A stretch of DNA of 64,000 nt, from positions 9,411,190 through 9,475,189 of the forward strand of contig NC_085846.1 in assembly GCF_035594765.1 (NCBI RefSeq). The letters run 5' to 3'. This DNA is from Anolis carolinensis (Eukaryota). The position numbers were made by a program, and so were the translations under genes. Shown piece after piece: positions 45,370 to 59,860 of this stretch; the stretch's first letter is position 1; every line of letters starts with the position of its first letter. The notes beneath the pieces are model-generated. The model saw only the letters and a program-made list of their open reading frames with translations, searched no databases and was not told where the DNA came from.

Positions 45370-46186
45370 GTTCTTCACAGCTCCAAATTCTCAACATGGT
45401 ACAAGTTTGTTTATTTATTTATTTTACTTCTACCCTGCCTTTCTCTGCCCTGGAGGGGATTCAAGACTGCTTACCTATGGCAACTATTAGATGCCTTAAA
45501 AAACATACAAACAGAGGCTTAAAGTCAATTAAATTAAAATTAATACATACTAAACATTTAAAACATTATATTCAATATTAAAATGACATCATCCAAAAAT
45601 CATAGTCCAAGGCTGTTCCGCGTCAATTATACAAATTGTACAAATTTGACCATGGAAGGGCTATGCACCTAACCAAATCTTACATTCCGTAAACTCAGAC
45701 AAGGTTTTATTTATTTACTACATTTATATCCTGCCCTTCTCTCCCCAAAAGGGGGGACTCAGAGCGGCCTCACAAAAGGCAGCAATTTTGATGCCATACA
45801 TATAGTAAAAAAAATAAACATATACATTAAAACCAAAAAAATCAGCAATATTAAAATCATGTCATCCAAAGTCAAATCCTATGCCATTCCATTAGTCATT
45901 TCACAGTTTCATATATTCATATTGCAGTAATTTACTAGCCAAAAGCTTGGTCCCATATCCAGGTTTTTACTTTCTTCTCAAAGGTCAAGAGGGAGGGGGC
46001 TGTTCTGATTTTGCTGAGGAGAGAGTTCCATAGCCAAGGGGCCACCACTGAGAAGGTCATACTTATTTATTTATTTGCTACATTTATATGCCGCTTTTCT
46101 CACCCCGAAGGGGACTCATCTACACCAATTGCACTTGCAAGGGTGGTGGGGCCGAGAGCAGGGCTTCCCCTAATGATCTTAACCTT

Positions 46187-47018
46187 ACAGCCTGATGTGA
46201 TTTGGCCACCATAGTCCATGCCTTAGTTACATCTGGAATGGATTCCTGCAATGCACTCTACATGAGGCTGCCTTTGAAGACAACTTGGAAATTGCAATTG
46301 GTGCAAAGATCAGCCGCTGGGTTACAAACCGGCGCTAGCTATAGGGAGCATACTATGCCCCTATTCAATCAGTTCCACTGGCTGCCAATAAGTTTCCGGT
46401 CCCATTCAAAGTGCAGGTTATCACCTACAAAGCCCTATACAGTTCAGGCCCAGATTATTTATACTACAGTGTTTCCCCCTATGAACCTGCTCAGACCCTG
46501 AGGTCTGCCGGGGAAGCCCTTCTCACTGTCCCACCACCGTCACAGGCTCGGTTGATGGGGACAAAGGAAAGGGCCTTCTCGATGATAACCCCCTCACTCT
46601 AGTATTCCCTCCCCGGCGAACTTAGGCAAGCCCCCACACTGCAGAACTTTTGAAAAGCGTTAAAAACATGTTTTTTTCCAACCAGCCTTTAATAACTTTT
46701 AAGGCACTAGATAAACGGATTGCCAATTACTTGACCACTTTAATTTTTATTTGATTGTTATATAGCTGGGCCGATAATTTGATTGTATGGATCTTTTAAT
46801 GTCTACAGTCATATTTTATTGATATTTTATTTAAATTAAATTTGCTTTTATCAGTTTTAGATGTGTGGTTTATGTAAGTGTGTTACTGATTTTAAATATT
46901 GATGCATTGCATTTTATGTGTTGTATGGCACCTTCATATGCTATTTTGTAAGCGGCCCCGAATCCCTCTGGGAGATGGTGGAGGGATATAAATAAAGTTT
47001 TATTATAATATTATTATT
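46187..47018 (+). mobile_element. L2-clade LINE 3' portion
   Basis: ATIVHALVTSGMDSCNALY..LPLK..KLQLVQRSAA..HWLP; ends aataaa(tta)n; minus-strand L2 3' pieces at ~45400-46186. Confidence 0.85.
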
Positions 47019-47969
47019 CCAAAACATGCCATCAGCAGTGTTGGATAGTAGATACTCGGACACTCCTTAGGTTTGCCAGTTATACGTATGCAAAAATTGA
47101 GGATTTGCCCCACTACTTGTTTGCTTGCTCCCTATACTCTGCACCAAGGAATAAAATTTTAGGTCTTATTCTGTGGTATCTACAATTGAACACAGTTGCA
47201 GAAAAGATCTACCTTTTATCCGATTCCAACTCTGCAATCATTTATAAGTCTCTCTCTTTACCCTGGCAGCAAATAAAATCAGGGCAAGACTGACTGTGGA
47301 CATTGCAGTCGACTGCACTGGGGATGCTTTTATCTAGGTTGAGTGGGGTTGATTATCCCTAAGGGGTTTTTATTTAAGTTTTTGACATGTCTGATTTTTA
47401 TACTGGCTTATTACTGGTGAATGTGCAGTTCCTAGTGCACGTTGCACTTGCATTGCTGCAGTTCACAATGTATATCTTGCACTGGGTTGCTGTGAGTTTT
47501 CCAGACTGTCTGGCCATGTTCCAGAGCATTCTGTCCTGATGTTTCGCTCACATCTATGGCAGGCATCCTTGGAGGTGTGAGGTGTGTTGGAAACTAGATA
47601 TATATCTGTGGAAAATCTAGGTTGGGAGAAAGAACTCTTGTCTGTTGGAGGCAAGTGTGAAGGGGCCTGTGTGTGTATAATTTCTTTTATAAATTATCTG
47701 ATTTGATATATGCATATTATTAATTTTGAATTATGTGCTCTTTTTCTCCCTCTATATATAATTTTATTTTAAAAAATAATTACAGAATGTGTGTGCGTGT
47801 GTGCATGTGTGTATATCATCTGTGATCACTGTAAGGACATCAGTTTCCAGATGGAAGGCAGTTCCAGTCAGGGTTGGCTTGATACATTTCTCCTTTTCAC
47901 CCTCCATTTGTACCTCTTTAAATTCCACAGCATTGGCCCATCACTGCTTGGAGCTGATGAACTACATTA

Positions 47970-48367
47970 CAGGCAGTCCCCAAGTTACAAACATCCGATT
48001 TACAAGCGACTCACAGTTAAGAATGGGGCTGAAACAACAGAAAGTGAGAGAAATGGGGAAATCCACCCCTGAAAGAGTTATCATGGAGAAAAGGTGTCTC
48101 CACTGAAGCTTTATCACTGATCCTTGTTTCCACAACAAGCCAATGTTTTCAAAATCCAGTTGTCACAGGGGCAGAAAGTGAAGGGGCACAAACAGCAAAA
48201 CAAACAGAACAGGGGTGCTAACCCTTCCCTATGCTGTCCAAAGCAGAAAATTATATGTTTTTGGCTAGAGTTACACTTAAAAAATGTACCTGTTCCAACT
48301 TACATACAAATTCAACTTAAGAACAAACCTACAGAACCTATCTTGTTTGTAACTTGGGGACTGCCTG
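47970..48367. mobile_element. Tigger-like DNA transposon remnant
   Basis: CAGGCAGTCCCCAAGTTACAAACA...TGTTTGTAACTTGGGGACTGCCTG. Confidence 0.85.
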
Positions 48368-48661
48368 AATGTGTGTGTATATACACACACTCAATAATAA
48401 TAATAATACGTTTTATTTATTACCCACCTCTCCTGATGGCTTGAGGTTGGGTACAGCAAAGTCAAAACATGTGAATATAAAATATATACAATAAAATACA
48501 TTGATTAAAAACACAGCAATATGAAAAACATACACCAAATACAGGTATAAAATTAACATAGTTGTTGTATGGTTTCCTTGCTATTTTGGAAACCGCCCTG
48601 AGTCCCTTGAGGAGATAGGGCGGTATATAAATAAAATTTTATTATTATTATTATTATTATA

Positions 48662-48984
48662 CAGTAGAGTCTCACTTATCCAACACTCACTTATCCAACG
48701 TTCTGGATTATCCAACGCATTTTTGTAGTCAATGTTTTCAATACATCATGATATTTTGGTGCTTAATTCGTAAATACAGTAATTACTACATAGCATTACT
48801 GCGTATTAAACTACTTTTTCTGTCAAATTTGTTGTATAACATGATGTTTTGGTGCTTAATTTGTAAAATCATAACCTAATTTGATGTTTAATAGGCTTTT
48901 CTTTAATCCCTCCTTATTATCCAACATATTCGCTTATCCAACATTCTGCCAGCCCGTTTATGTTGGATAAGTGAGACTCTACTG
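48662..48984. mobile_element. Tc1/mariner MITE
   Basis: Perfect TIR CAGTAGAGTCTCACTTATCCAACA; TA TSD. Confidence 0.9.
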
Positions 48985-49652
48985 TAGCAGCAATAGAATG
49001 TAAATAAAAACTTATGATTGAAAGTTGATTGAGTAGGCCTGCCATAAGAGATGGGTCTTCAGTTGGGTCTTCAATTCAGTCATCTCGTTTAATTGTCAGA
49101 TCTCTTGCATATGTATGTGTATATAAATGTCATTTAAAATTTTTAAAATATTTGTGTTCTATATATACATATTTTCAATTTTAAAAGATGTACTCTCTCT
49201 ATATGCATATACATATAATTTTATTTAAAATGTGTGTGTGTGTGTGTGCGCACGCAAATATAAATACTGTATTTGTTTGATTCTAAGACACTTATCCTCC
49301 AGATAAACATCTCTAAAAATGGGGTGTGTCTTAGAATCATAGGTTCTTTTTCAGAAATAATGGTACATCACTCTTTGGAGCTGGGGTGGTATCAAAAGAA
49401 AACACACACAAAAACATGTATATATCAAAATGAACATGGCTTTTGCCTTCCCCTTCTTTGTGTTTTGTTGACACATTTTATGGATATTTTATGTATATAT
49501 ATATTTTGTAAACAAATTCTGCCCATTCTCTCATATATAAATACTGAAATTTTAAAAGTATCTGTTTTTTCATATACTTACATAATGTGATTTTAAAATC
49601 TATGTTTGTTTCAAATGTCATATATATAATGATCCATCACTCTCTGGAGCTC

Positions 49653-49697
<45 letters not shown>

Positions 49698-49871
49698 CAA
49701 GATGAATGAAAACAAATGCAGCTTTTTCTTCAGATTTTGTTGCTACATTTTATGAAAATGAGAGGGGGGGGGATTAAACCTAGTTTGTGCTGAACTTTAT
49801 AGCCACTTTATAGACTGCAGGCCACTGAGTCCAAGAGACCATTTGTCAAAGAAACTTGATGGCTTTTAAAG

Positions 49872-50277
49872 TGTCTGGAGACCATGTCCTATGAGGAGCA
49901 TCTTAAAAAGCTGGGTATGTTTAACCTGCAGAAGAGAAGGTTGAGAGGAGACATGAGAGCCATGTGAAAGGATGTCATAAGGAGGAAGGAGCAGGCTTGT
50001 TTTCTGCTGCCATGGAGACAAGCACTCAGAGCAATGGGTTCAAATTACAGGAAAGGAGATTCCACCGGAACATTAGGAAGAACTTCCTAAGTGTAAGAGA
50101 TGTTCAGCAGTGGGGCTCTCTGCCTTGGACTGTGGTAGAAGCTCCTTCCTTGGAAGCTTTTAAACAAAGGCTGGATGGCCATCTGTCAGGAGCACTTTGA
50201 TTGTGCTTTTCCTGCATTGCAGAGGGTTGGACTATATGACCCATGTGGTATCTTCCAACTCTATTATTCTATTATTC
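49872..50277 (+). mobile_element. CR1 LINE 3' fragment
   Basis: [35 protein letters not shown]; ttccaactctattattct tail. Confidence 0.9.
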
Positions 50278-51143
50278 TTTTTCATCCCTCATTTGTGTGT
50301 CTATTTATCTCTTTAATTTTTGGTTGGTAGGGTTCTCCAACTTTCTCTTAAAGGCAGTGGTGGAAAAAGAAATGGTTGTTGTAGCGAGGAGGGAAGTATA
50401 TAAGTTCTTCTTGCTGTGAGCATTTGGAAAGACAGTTGGCCATATTTGCGCCATTGACTTTTGTGAATTTTATTATGTATGGATTTTACTAAAAATGTTA
50501 TGTAACTCTGTGGTCAGCTTTTACTGATAGTCATGCTGGAGCACCTAGAAATTTTTTATAGGAAATGTTTATCTAGGAATCTGTAGGTCCTTAAATACGA
50601 CCAGGCATATGTTGACCATGTAGTAACACTGGAGTGCCTAGAACAGACCTGCACAACCTGTGGCCCTCCAGATGTTTGGGCCCCCAACTCCCAGAAGCCC
50701 TAGCCAGTTTTTCCAATAGCTGTGAATTTTGGGAGCTGAAGTCCAAAACACCTGGAGGGCCACAGATTGTTCAGGCCTGGCCTGAAGGTTCCTGGAGGCG
50801 TGTTCTCTCAGGTTAAAACCTGACAATGTTATTATTTGTTGTGTTTTACTTTTGCAGGGGTCGTGTGCCCCTAACTCCAGCAAATGTGAATGGCTGATAG
50901 TGATGTCCGTAAAGGAAGGTTGATTATTTTGCATTACATTTTCATTATGTGTGTTGGGAAATGGTTAAGCTGATATGTACAAAAGATGCAATGCATTTGT
51001 GAAGAATGTGTCTGTCTGCACAAGTGAGATGAAATGCTGTATTGCCACATGTGAGGGGTTTTCTTTAAAAGAGAAAGGACAACACCACACATGTCCCTCC
51101 CTTGAAGTGGGTTGTTCTGGTCTCATGGTTGTTCTGGTCTCAT

Positions 51144-51928
51144 GGTCAGATCTGGCCACGGTGGTCAATGCCTAGGTTCTATCTCGGATGGATTATTGCA
51201 ATGCTCTCTACGTAGGGCTGCCTTTGAAGATGGCTCAGAAACTACAACTAGTGCAAAGAGCAGTGGCCAGATTACTAACAGGAGCTATCTACAGGGAGCA
51301 TACAACCCCCCTGTTAAAACGACTCCACTGGCTGCCTGTGCGTTTCTGGACCCAATTCAAAGTGCAGTTTATTACCTACGAAGGCCTAAATGGTTTGGGT
51401 CCAGTCTAATTAGGCGACCGTGCTTTCTCCTATGGACCTGCTAGGGCCCTGAGGTCTGCCGGGAGGCCCTTCTCACAGTCCCACCACTATCATAGGGATG
51501 AGGGAAAGGGCCTTCTCGGTGATAGCCCCCCGGGTCTGGAATTCTCTCCACAGAGAGATCAAACTGGCTCCCACACTAATGGCTTTTAGGAAATAATTAA
51601 AAACTTGGTTATGGAAACTGGCCTTTGAGAATGATGGAGGATTTAAATTCTAACTGGTTTATTGTTTTAAGAAGGGTCAGTTTTGTAATTCTTTTAATCT
51701 CAGTACAGTATATGTTTTAACTCACATACCTCCTTGTCCATTGATGATGCCCTTCTGAATTTTATTGAGATGTTTATGTGTTTTTATGCTTTAATTATTG
51801 AGTGATTTGAGTTTGATTTGGTTGTATGTTTATTATTATGACATTGTGTTTTTTCTGTTGTTAGCTGCCCCGAGTCCTTTTGGGCAGAGGGGGTGGGATA
51901 TAAATAAAGCTTATTGTTATTATTATTC
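51144..51928 (+). mobile_element. L2-clade LINE 3' portion
   Basis: MDYCNALYVGLPLKMAQKLQLVQRAVARLL..HTTPLLKRLHWLPV; (tta)n tail. Confidence 0.88.
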
Positions 51929-54900
51929 ATGCATTTGAATGACAGGAATGTGTAGAATTTTGGACTAGATAGAAAGCATCACGGGATACCAGCTTTCATG
52001 TAGTTTTGTGCCACTAACTTGTGAACAGATATATTCTGTTTGAGAAAGATCTTCCGCCTCCACTCACTTTTCCTCTCTTCCCATAGGATTCTGATCATTC
52101 ATTTGGTAACGGTTACTTAATTTTTTACAATTTTTCTCCTCAACAAAAGTATAGGAGGAAAAGCCTTACTAGTTTTACGAGTGCATGTTTCCCACCCCCT
52201 TCTCCCACTGGTGATACTGACAAGGTCAGAAGAGAGTCCTTTCTGCTTTACCTGCAGCGAAGAGAAAAGTAATCACCCATCCCTTTATCTCTTCCACTGT
52301 TCTTAGGTTTTTTCATCAATGACGGTATGGTTGTTGACAAACTTATTTGCTGTACCAGTTTCCCTGGGTTGTAGACAGACAGAAAGTGATGGAAATTACA
52401 GAAGGGATTGGAAGCTAATTGTTGTCATATTTTTTCAGATGCATGAGTCTGTTTTGGATGTGTGGAGAACTGAGGAAAACAAGTGCATTCAACTGTTTCC
52501 TCTATATAAACTTCGCATGCACAACGTTTACTTGTGTGAACTTGAGTACAGTACAACTCAAATTGATGATCCTGAACTAGTGGTAGTCCATATGTATTAG
52601 TCTGTGTCAAGTTTGTAGGAAGGAAAGTGAATACAGTAACACTACAGTACGGGTTTCTAACACATTATACTTTCAAGTTGTTTCCAGCTTATGGTGACCC
52701 TAAGGCAATCCTATCACAAATGTTTTGTGGGCTGAGAATGTGTGCCTTCTTCAGGGCCACTCAGTGAGTTTTCATTTTCATGGCACATGAGGAAGGGTGG
52801 AATGCCAGTACACAAAGTCTTGAGAAGCACTGCTCTTGCTTAAATATTGCTTAGAAAATGGTTTATCCATGTCAAGTGTTCAAACTACAGGACTGAAATG
52901 AAGAGAGGGAAACAGAATTTGTCAGCAAGTAGTGGGGAACATAGCTTAGTGTGGGTATTATATGGCTTTTTGTATACATTGGACTGCACCTCCCAGCAGT
53001 CTGAGTCAGCATAACTAATGAGTGCTTCGAGTTGCAATCCAGCAGTATCTGGCAGGCTATGATCCTAGCTTCTGCCCTAGCCCCACATTAATATCACTAA
53101 TATTTTTGGTTTCCCGAGGACCAACAGGAAACACTCCAAACAACGATGTAGGGGTTTTCCAGTCCCATTTATTCTTGTTTCTTTTTTCCCCTCTACAGAA
53201 GGCAGCTGCATTCCTATTCTGTTTTCTTGGAAGTAAATTCTGTCAGGATCAATGGGATTTATTATCAGGTAAGTGCAATTACATTTGTGGGTGGAAGTAA
53301 ATGTGAAGATGTTGGAAGAGGAGCAAATAAATGGGTAACAGGCCACACAGCTCTTTGAAAGTTCGCACTGCAATCATAAAGCAAGTCACATTATGAAAGA
53401 AGACTAGGTAGAAGGAAGAATGTCAGTACAATCCTATACATGTCTCTTGAAGTAAGCTGCAATGAATTTAGTGGGAGTTACTCCCAGGACAAATTTTGGT
53501 GGCTCTTGGTCTTTCTATAAATAATAATTTGTGGAAATTTTATATTTCAACGATTTTGGGATCCACTTGAGTACAATTGTAGACTTCTATACTCAGTAGT
53601 AAGTCCAATTTAATTAAGTCCAATTTAATTCTGTACCCATGTAAGTTATTAATGGGTTATGGAATTTCAGCCATAAAGATTCTTCTATGACTGCTTAATA
53701 TCAATGAGGGTTTTTCCAGACAGGCCCTTTATCCCAGTATCCGATCCCAGGTTTTCTGTTTATCCCAGATTATCTGGCAATGCAGACTGATGTAATCCAG
53801 TTTAAAGCAGAAAACTTAGAATCAGATCCTGGAATAAATTCTGAAATTACGGTGTGACTCCATATCCACATAACTAAGCCATGGCTTTAATTATGCACTT
53901 TGGGGTTTCTATACAAGCTATACTGCTTCTTGGTAACTTCATCATTATATTTCTTGGGCAGTGATTCAGCCTGTGGGTCCCCGGGTATTTTGGCCTACAA
54001 CTCCAGAAATCTCAGCCAGTTTACCAGCTGTTAGGATTTCTGGGAGTTGAAGGCCAAAACATCTGGGGACCCACAGGCTGAGAACCACAGTTCTAGGGAA
54101 TACAAACGTTTTGGCAGAGTGCAGTTGATCTCATGGATTGATGCACCTATCACGCATGGGTCGCAGGCATTTGCTACTGATAAATGTTGCAGTGCCTGTT
54201 GATTTGGATAATTTTAGAAAGAGTTTGGACAAAATCAAAAATGATGACTAGTGTCTACTAATCCAGATAGAAATGTATTTCCTCGAGAAATATATACCTA
54301 TGATAGTAGTTGGTGGAGAACATGGGTAGAGGATGTTGTTTGGCCCATTACCCATTGAGTTCACTGGAGCATCACATTGACTATTGTGGGAACAAAATGT
54401 TGGACTCAATGGGTATTTGGTCAGATCTACCCACTTGTTACGTTGTCAGAACAGAGCAGATTGCATGGTGTTGGTTTCCAAGTCTTTTAAAGACCATAGT
54501 CATCCTTGATATTATGGGAAAGCTTTATTTTGCAACTCACTATTTCAAATACAATGGAAGCAATTTTGGTTCAAGGACCCTCCATGGATACCAAAATCTG
54601 TGGATGCTCAAGTCCTGTTATAAAGTTGTAAAAACATGTCCCTTATATAAAATGGCAATTTTTTTTGTTGTATAATATTTTCAAGCTCTGTATAGTTGAA
54701 TCTGTGGATGAAATATCTGTGGATATGGAGGGGCAACTGTTCATCCCTCCAATGATATTGATTCAAATAGTTACCCATCCGGATTTGAAATTTTATTCTT
54801 TGTTTGGGGTTCACTTGGAGGAGCTCCTTGGCCCTAACTCTTTCCATTATTTGGGATGTTTGTGGTTTTACAGACTAGGTAGGCTCATAAAAGGCCAAGC

Positions 54901-55534
54901 ACAGTTCTGTGTGTGAGAGATATATCATTTGAACACAGATTGCTGAAATGCTTTGTGTTTGCATTTTTCAAAATGTTCTGTACCAGTGAAACTTTGCATT
55001 TAGCAGCTGGCCTAGTCACCATGAATGATCAGAAGGTCTGTGTATGTGAGTGAGTGGCCTGTTGTAGGAGAGAGACATTTTTTTTCTCCCTATGTGCTTT
55101 CTGCCCTTTGCATTTTAAAAGCATACTAGTGGTTAGTATGCTGCATTTAGAGCAGGCATGGGCAAACTTTGGCCTTCCAGGTGTTTTGAACTTCAACCTC
55201 CACAATTCATAACAACCAGTAAGTTGGCTGGGATTTCTGTCCTAAATAGCAGAAGGGCTGAAATTTGCCCATGCCTGATGTAGGCTGTGGGACTATGAAT
55301 ATCTTGAGATAATGGGTGTTCGGAGGATTTTTTTCCTTCACATCCAGATAGCAATAAAGGGCACTATCATCTGTAGGCTAGTAACTAATGTAGCATACTA
55401 TGCCTAAGACTGTTATTGTGGTCAGACTAAACTAAATAATGTTGGAATTGCATGTTTAAATTGTAAACTGGTAATGTTAAGCATTGATACCTTTAGGTGC
55501 TGCTGCATGTAAGGTGGGAGGGGTATCTGAACTA

Positions 55535-55830
55535 CCTTATATACTCGAGTATAAGCCGACCCAAATATAAGCCGAGGCACCTAATTTTACCACAAAAAAC
55601 TGGGAAAACATTGACTCCAGTATAAGCCGAGGGTGGTAAATTTCAGAAATAAAAATAGATACCAATAAAATTACATTAATTGAGACATCATTAGGTTAAA
55701 TGTTTTTGAATATTTACATAAAGCTCAAATTTAAGATAAGACTGTCCAACTTTGATCAAATCATTATTTTCATCTTCAATGTAAATGTGCTTATGTATCC
55801 TTTTAATAATAATAGAGTAAAATAATACAT

Positions 55831-55867
<37 letters not shown>

Positions 55868-56181
55868 CAGGAAAATAATACAAGTAATAATAAATAGAGT
55901 AAAATAATAAATGCAATAATAATATCAGTGAAATGTAAATGTAATAATAATAATAATAATAGAGTAAAATAAATGTAATAGTAGCAATAATAATATAGAA
56001 AAATAATAAATGTAATAATACCAATAATAATAGAGAAAATAAGAAATATACCATATATTCTCGAGTATAAGCTGACCCAAATATAAGCCAACCAGGACCC
56101 TCACCCGAGTATAAGCTGAGGGGTGCGTTTTCAGTCTTAAAAAAAGGCTGAAAAACTAGGCTTATACTTGAGTTTATACAG
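55535..56181. mobile_element. Tc1/mariner (Tc2-like) non-autonomous element with internal (AAT)n
   Basis: ta|CCTTATATACTCGAGTATAAGCC...GGCTTATACTTGAGTTTATACAG|ta. Confidence 0.8.
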
Positions 56182-58994
56182 TAAGTGTTTTGAAAATGTT
56201 AGATTAGTTTTACCTTGGTGTTTGATGTTTGTGCACACATGCAGCTGGATGTTTCAATGCCTTTGCTTTGTTTGTGGCCTTTTTTTTTTCTTCTGAAAAC
56301 TAGGAAAAAGAAATGAGTCCACCATACCTGCTAGCTTCCCCCTGTAGATTCATGGGAAATTAATGGAAAAAGTTGCTGATGTGGGAGTAAAGGGGGAATT
56401 TGGGAAGGGTGTGGGCAACTGACAACTGGTTTGGGGCAGCCACAGAAGTAGAAATGAAAAGCACTAAGCAGAAGTCACAAGAAAGAGAATAAGGAGTATA
56501 TGTCTTTAGATCTGCTGCAGAGCAGATATAGTGAAAAGATGCAGCATGCCCCGCGCCTTAAGATCACTGACTGGTATTAGAACCACGATCAGTTTCCCAG
56601 AATTTTACACAAACATTAGGAATCTCATTGCATTCACTCAGGAGTTCCATCCTAGAACTCAGGGATCATTTTCAAGGTCATCCCTTTCTTCTTTGTTAGA
56701 TTAAGGTGGGCTGAAACACACCTCTTTTTCTCCTTGGATTTTGTTGTTTCTATACAGCCAGGAACTGCCACCCAAGGCTGATTAAAGTGAGTAAGGAAAA
56801 ATTTCACACTATATCCAGAATAGTGTGAGTACACTGTGTTAGTGTTGCATTTTTCCCGAGTTTGCCCAGTAGTAGCAAGGGAAAGCAGGCAAAATCTGCT
56901 TTCTCCAATTCCTTCTTTCTGGAATAGCACACCAAACAGGTTTCCTTGTGTATACATGGTAGGTACTTGTGTCCATAGTGCCCTCTGCTAGTGTGGAACC
57001 TTTGCCGTTTTGGCTGTTTGGGCCAACAGCTCTCAAAAGCCCCAGACAGCATGACTGGTTGGCAAAAAAATTATGGGATCAGCAGTTCAAAAAAACTGTA
57101 AAGTGAGATGTCCCAACTTCTTTGATGTACAGAATCTATCATTCCTTTGCCTCTCATATCCAAGCTCAATTAAATTCCAGTGTCTCTAGTCATATAGCAG
57201 CATACATGGATTTTGGCCTATGGTGCCCTATATATAGTGTCAAGATAGAGGTGACAATCGAGCTCAATTGGGCCATGAACATAAAAATTGCCATATCTAC
57301 TCTTACGGGCACACCCCCATAAAATAAATCCCTCTTTCAGTGGAAACCCCACACTCTTCAGTGAAATTGGAGGCAAAGAAAATTGATCCATGGGGACCTC
57401 AGAAATGGCCTTGGGCCACAAATGGACCATGGGTCACCTTTTGCTCATTTCTGCTGCAGACAATGACATGGTAGTGGCAGATGATAGAAGTGCTGCTCTT
57501 AAAAATATGTGTTCAAAGGCAATGTGCAAGAAGTTTGAAATCCAATTGCATGGCTAGTGGTTACATACCAGTAGCAGCAGCATAGCAGCTTGAAACTCAG
57601 TTAGGAGTCACTATAAAGTCTGTTAGAAATTTCTGTGCTTCAAAAGGCAAAGACTCAAAAGTTGTGTGGCAGGCAATTTGTCCATTTTTGAGGTGTTAAC
57701 AAATTTGTCACAACAGCACCTTTGGCTCGGTACTGTGATAAAGAGGTAAAGCCAGTCATTGTATAAGGAAAAGGTTTAGCACTATAATACATTTCCTTTT
57801 TTACACATATGTTACCAACCTGTTGCCCTCTGTCTGCTGATGTACTTTATCTCTCATCAGCTCTAAGTGGCATAGCCAGTGACAAGGCCTAAGGAGCTTC
57901 AGTTCAAGATTTGGAGGGCCACACTCCAAATTCTTACCTTACGAAGCTTTTCTAAACAATGGACATTGTTTACAACAATGACAGGAAGCTTGGCACTTTC
58001 TGAGCGGTTTTTGGCTTTAACTCCCATTATCCCCATCCAGCATTGCTAATACTCAGGGGTGGTGGAAATTGCAGTTGAACAATATCTGGCTTCCCCAGAT
58101 ATTGAAATTTTGAGAAGGTCTAACAGGAAATAAACACTTCCTATGTTTAGAGGGGAATATTTTTTCTTGTAATTTGAATCACCATAAGACCTAGAGAAGT
58201 CTGCAAATGGAAATGTTTGTGGGCTTCTTTAAGTCTTCCAATACTATAGTGTGCTTCTGGTCTTAAGTGTAGACAAAATACAAAGATTTTGGAATATACC
58301 CCCATGAATATGGGGTTATACTGTATTCAGAGTTCCTCTCTTCTGTGATACGCATGTCCTTCTCAGTGCATATCATAGTGGCCCATGCTATGATGAAGAA
58401 ACTGCCAGAGCCTTCTAGAAATTCTTTTCGCTTTGACAGACCTCTTTGAATCCTGCTGACTATTTTGTGCTCTCTGGAACAACCTGCTGACTTTTGGTGT
58501 GTTGAAGGACCTTACTCTTCAAATAGATAATTTTGAAGCAAGGCCCAGCTACCGATACATGGAACTTGCACACATGGAATTGAGAAGATAGCTATTATTT
58601 TGATCAGCTCAGGCAGCACTGGGTCATACTATTAATGGTCAAGAACTCAGGTCCTTGTATGGCATCTCCATATTCCCAAGCAGTCTATCTGACTATCCAT
58701 TTCTGGGGGACAAAATGATAGCAACAAAACAGTAGAAGCGAATTACTTTCATGTATTACTTTGAGATCTCCTATCACATTCTCTCTGTTTATCTATCTAT
58801 CTGTATTTATATTTGTATAACCTGAATACAATAAAATGTACTAGGCAATATCCCATTGAGATACTTTATTCCTTTGAGCCCTGCTCCAAAACCTTTGATA
58901 CACAGTGGTATATACATTCTTGAAATGAAATGAGAAAGAATAGAATGAAATACTTCCAAATTGCCTGTTATTGTCTGTTATTTGACAAGAACAT

Positions 58995-59470
58995 TTACCA
59001 GTATGTGTATCTGTCCGTGCATAGTGGTGTGTGTTTGTATGTGTGTGCCTACATGTCTGTTTATGTATGTAAATTCATGCATATGTATGCAAATATGTAT
59101 ATCCATATGTACAGATGAATTAGTGTGTATGTGTGTTTTGGTGTCTGTGATACATGATTATATATGTCATAAACAGTCATTCCAGTTTACCTTGGGTATC
59201 ATACTGGGAGAAAAGATATACATAAAATAAATATCTGTGTCTACATCTGTATTTATATTGACTGTATGTGTGTATGCCTGTGATGTCTGTAGGTATATTC
59301 CTTTCATGTCTCTGTGTATACAAACACATATCTATATATTCCTGTGATGTCTTTATGTGAGTATATGTGTATATTCCTGCAATGGCTGTGCATAGGAGTG
59401 TATGTATACCTGTACTTACCTACAATGATGTGTGCATGCCTGTGTGTCTGTGCACATATGTGTGTGTGCA
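58995..59470. repeat. Degenerate (TG)/(TA) low-complexity repeat
   Basis: Direct inspection. Confidence 0.75.
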
Positions 59471-59589
59471 TGGGAAAGGGAGGTGTCAATTTGCTCCATT
59501 TATTTGCGCACCTTTCAGGGTTTGCAAAAACCAATCAGATCCTTTTTTCAAAGAAACTGGCTGTGCAATGGGATTGAGGGATACAAATG

Positions 59590-59860
59590 AGCCCTGACCC
59601 CAGCGAGGGGAAGGCGGCCCCTTTTTCTTTCTGCAATAGAGCACAGAGGAGGAGGAGGAGGAGGCAATCGGGTGGCACTCAGTGTCTGGCTAGCTGGGGT
59701 GGCAAGGAGGAGGGGGAGAGCAGCTAGCCTGGCTCCTCCTCATCTTCCTTCCCTCCTCCTTGCGTTCTGTGCTGGGCAAGGAAGGGGGAGAGGAGGAGAA
59801 AAGGAAGAAGACGCTGGAGGCTTGGAGGAGGAGCTATAGCCTCTGTTGGGGCCGGGTAGG
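59590..59860 (+). promoter_or_regulatory. Candidate alternative promoter/first exon (probably CHD8)
   Basis: Abrupt GC/purine-rich, repeat-free block with (GGA)n; donor-like CGG|GTAGGA ~59855. Confidence 0.4.

Noticed and set aside
52060-52112. Possible 19-nt micro-exon (cccatag|...TTG|gtaacg)
   Set aside because: Good acceptor but only a moderate donor and no further support.
55756-56091. Hydrophobic Tyr/Ile/Leu-rich ORFs
   Set aside because: Translation of (AAT)n low-complexity DNA inside a DNA transposon.
58385-58462. C/D box snoRNA candidate (ATGATGA...CTGA)
   Set aside because: No terminal stem or recognisable guide; likely chance match.
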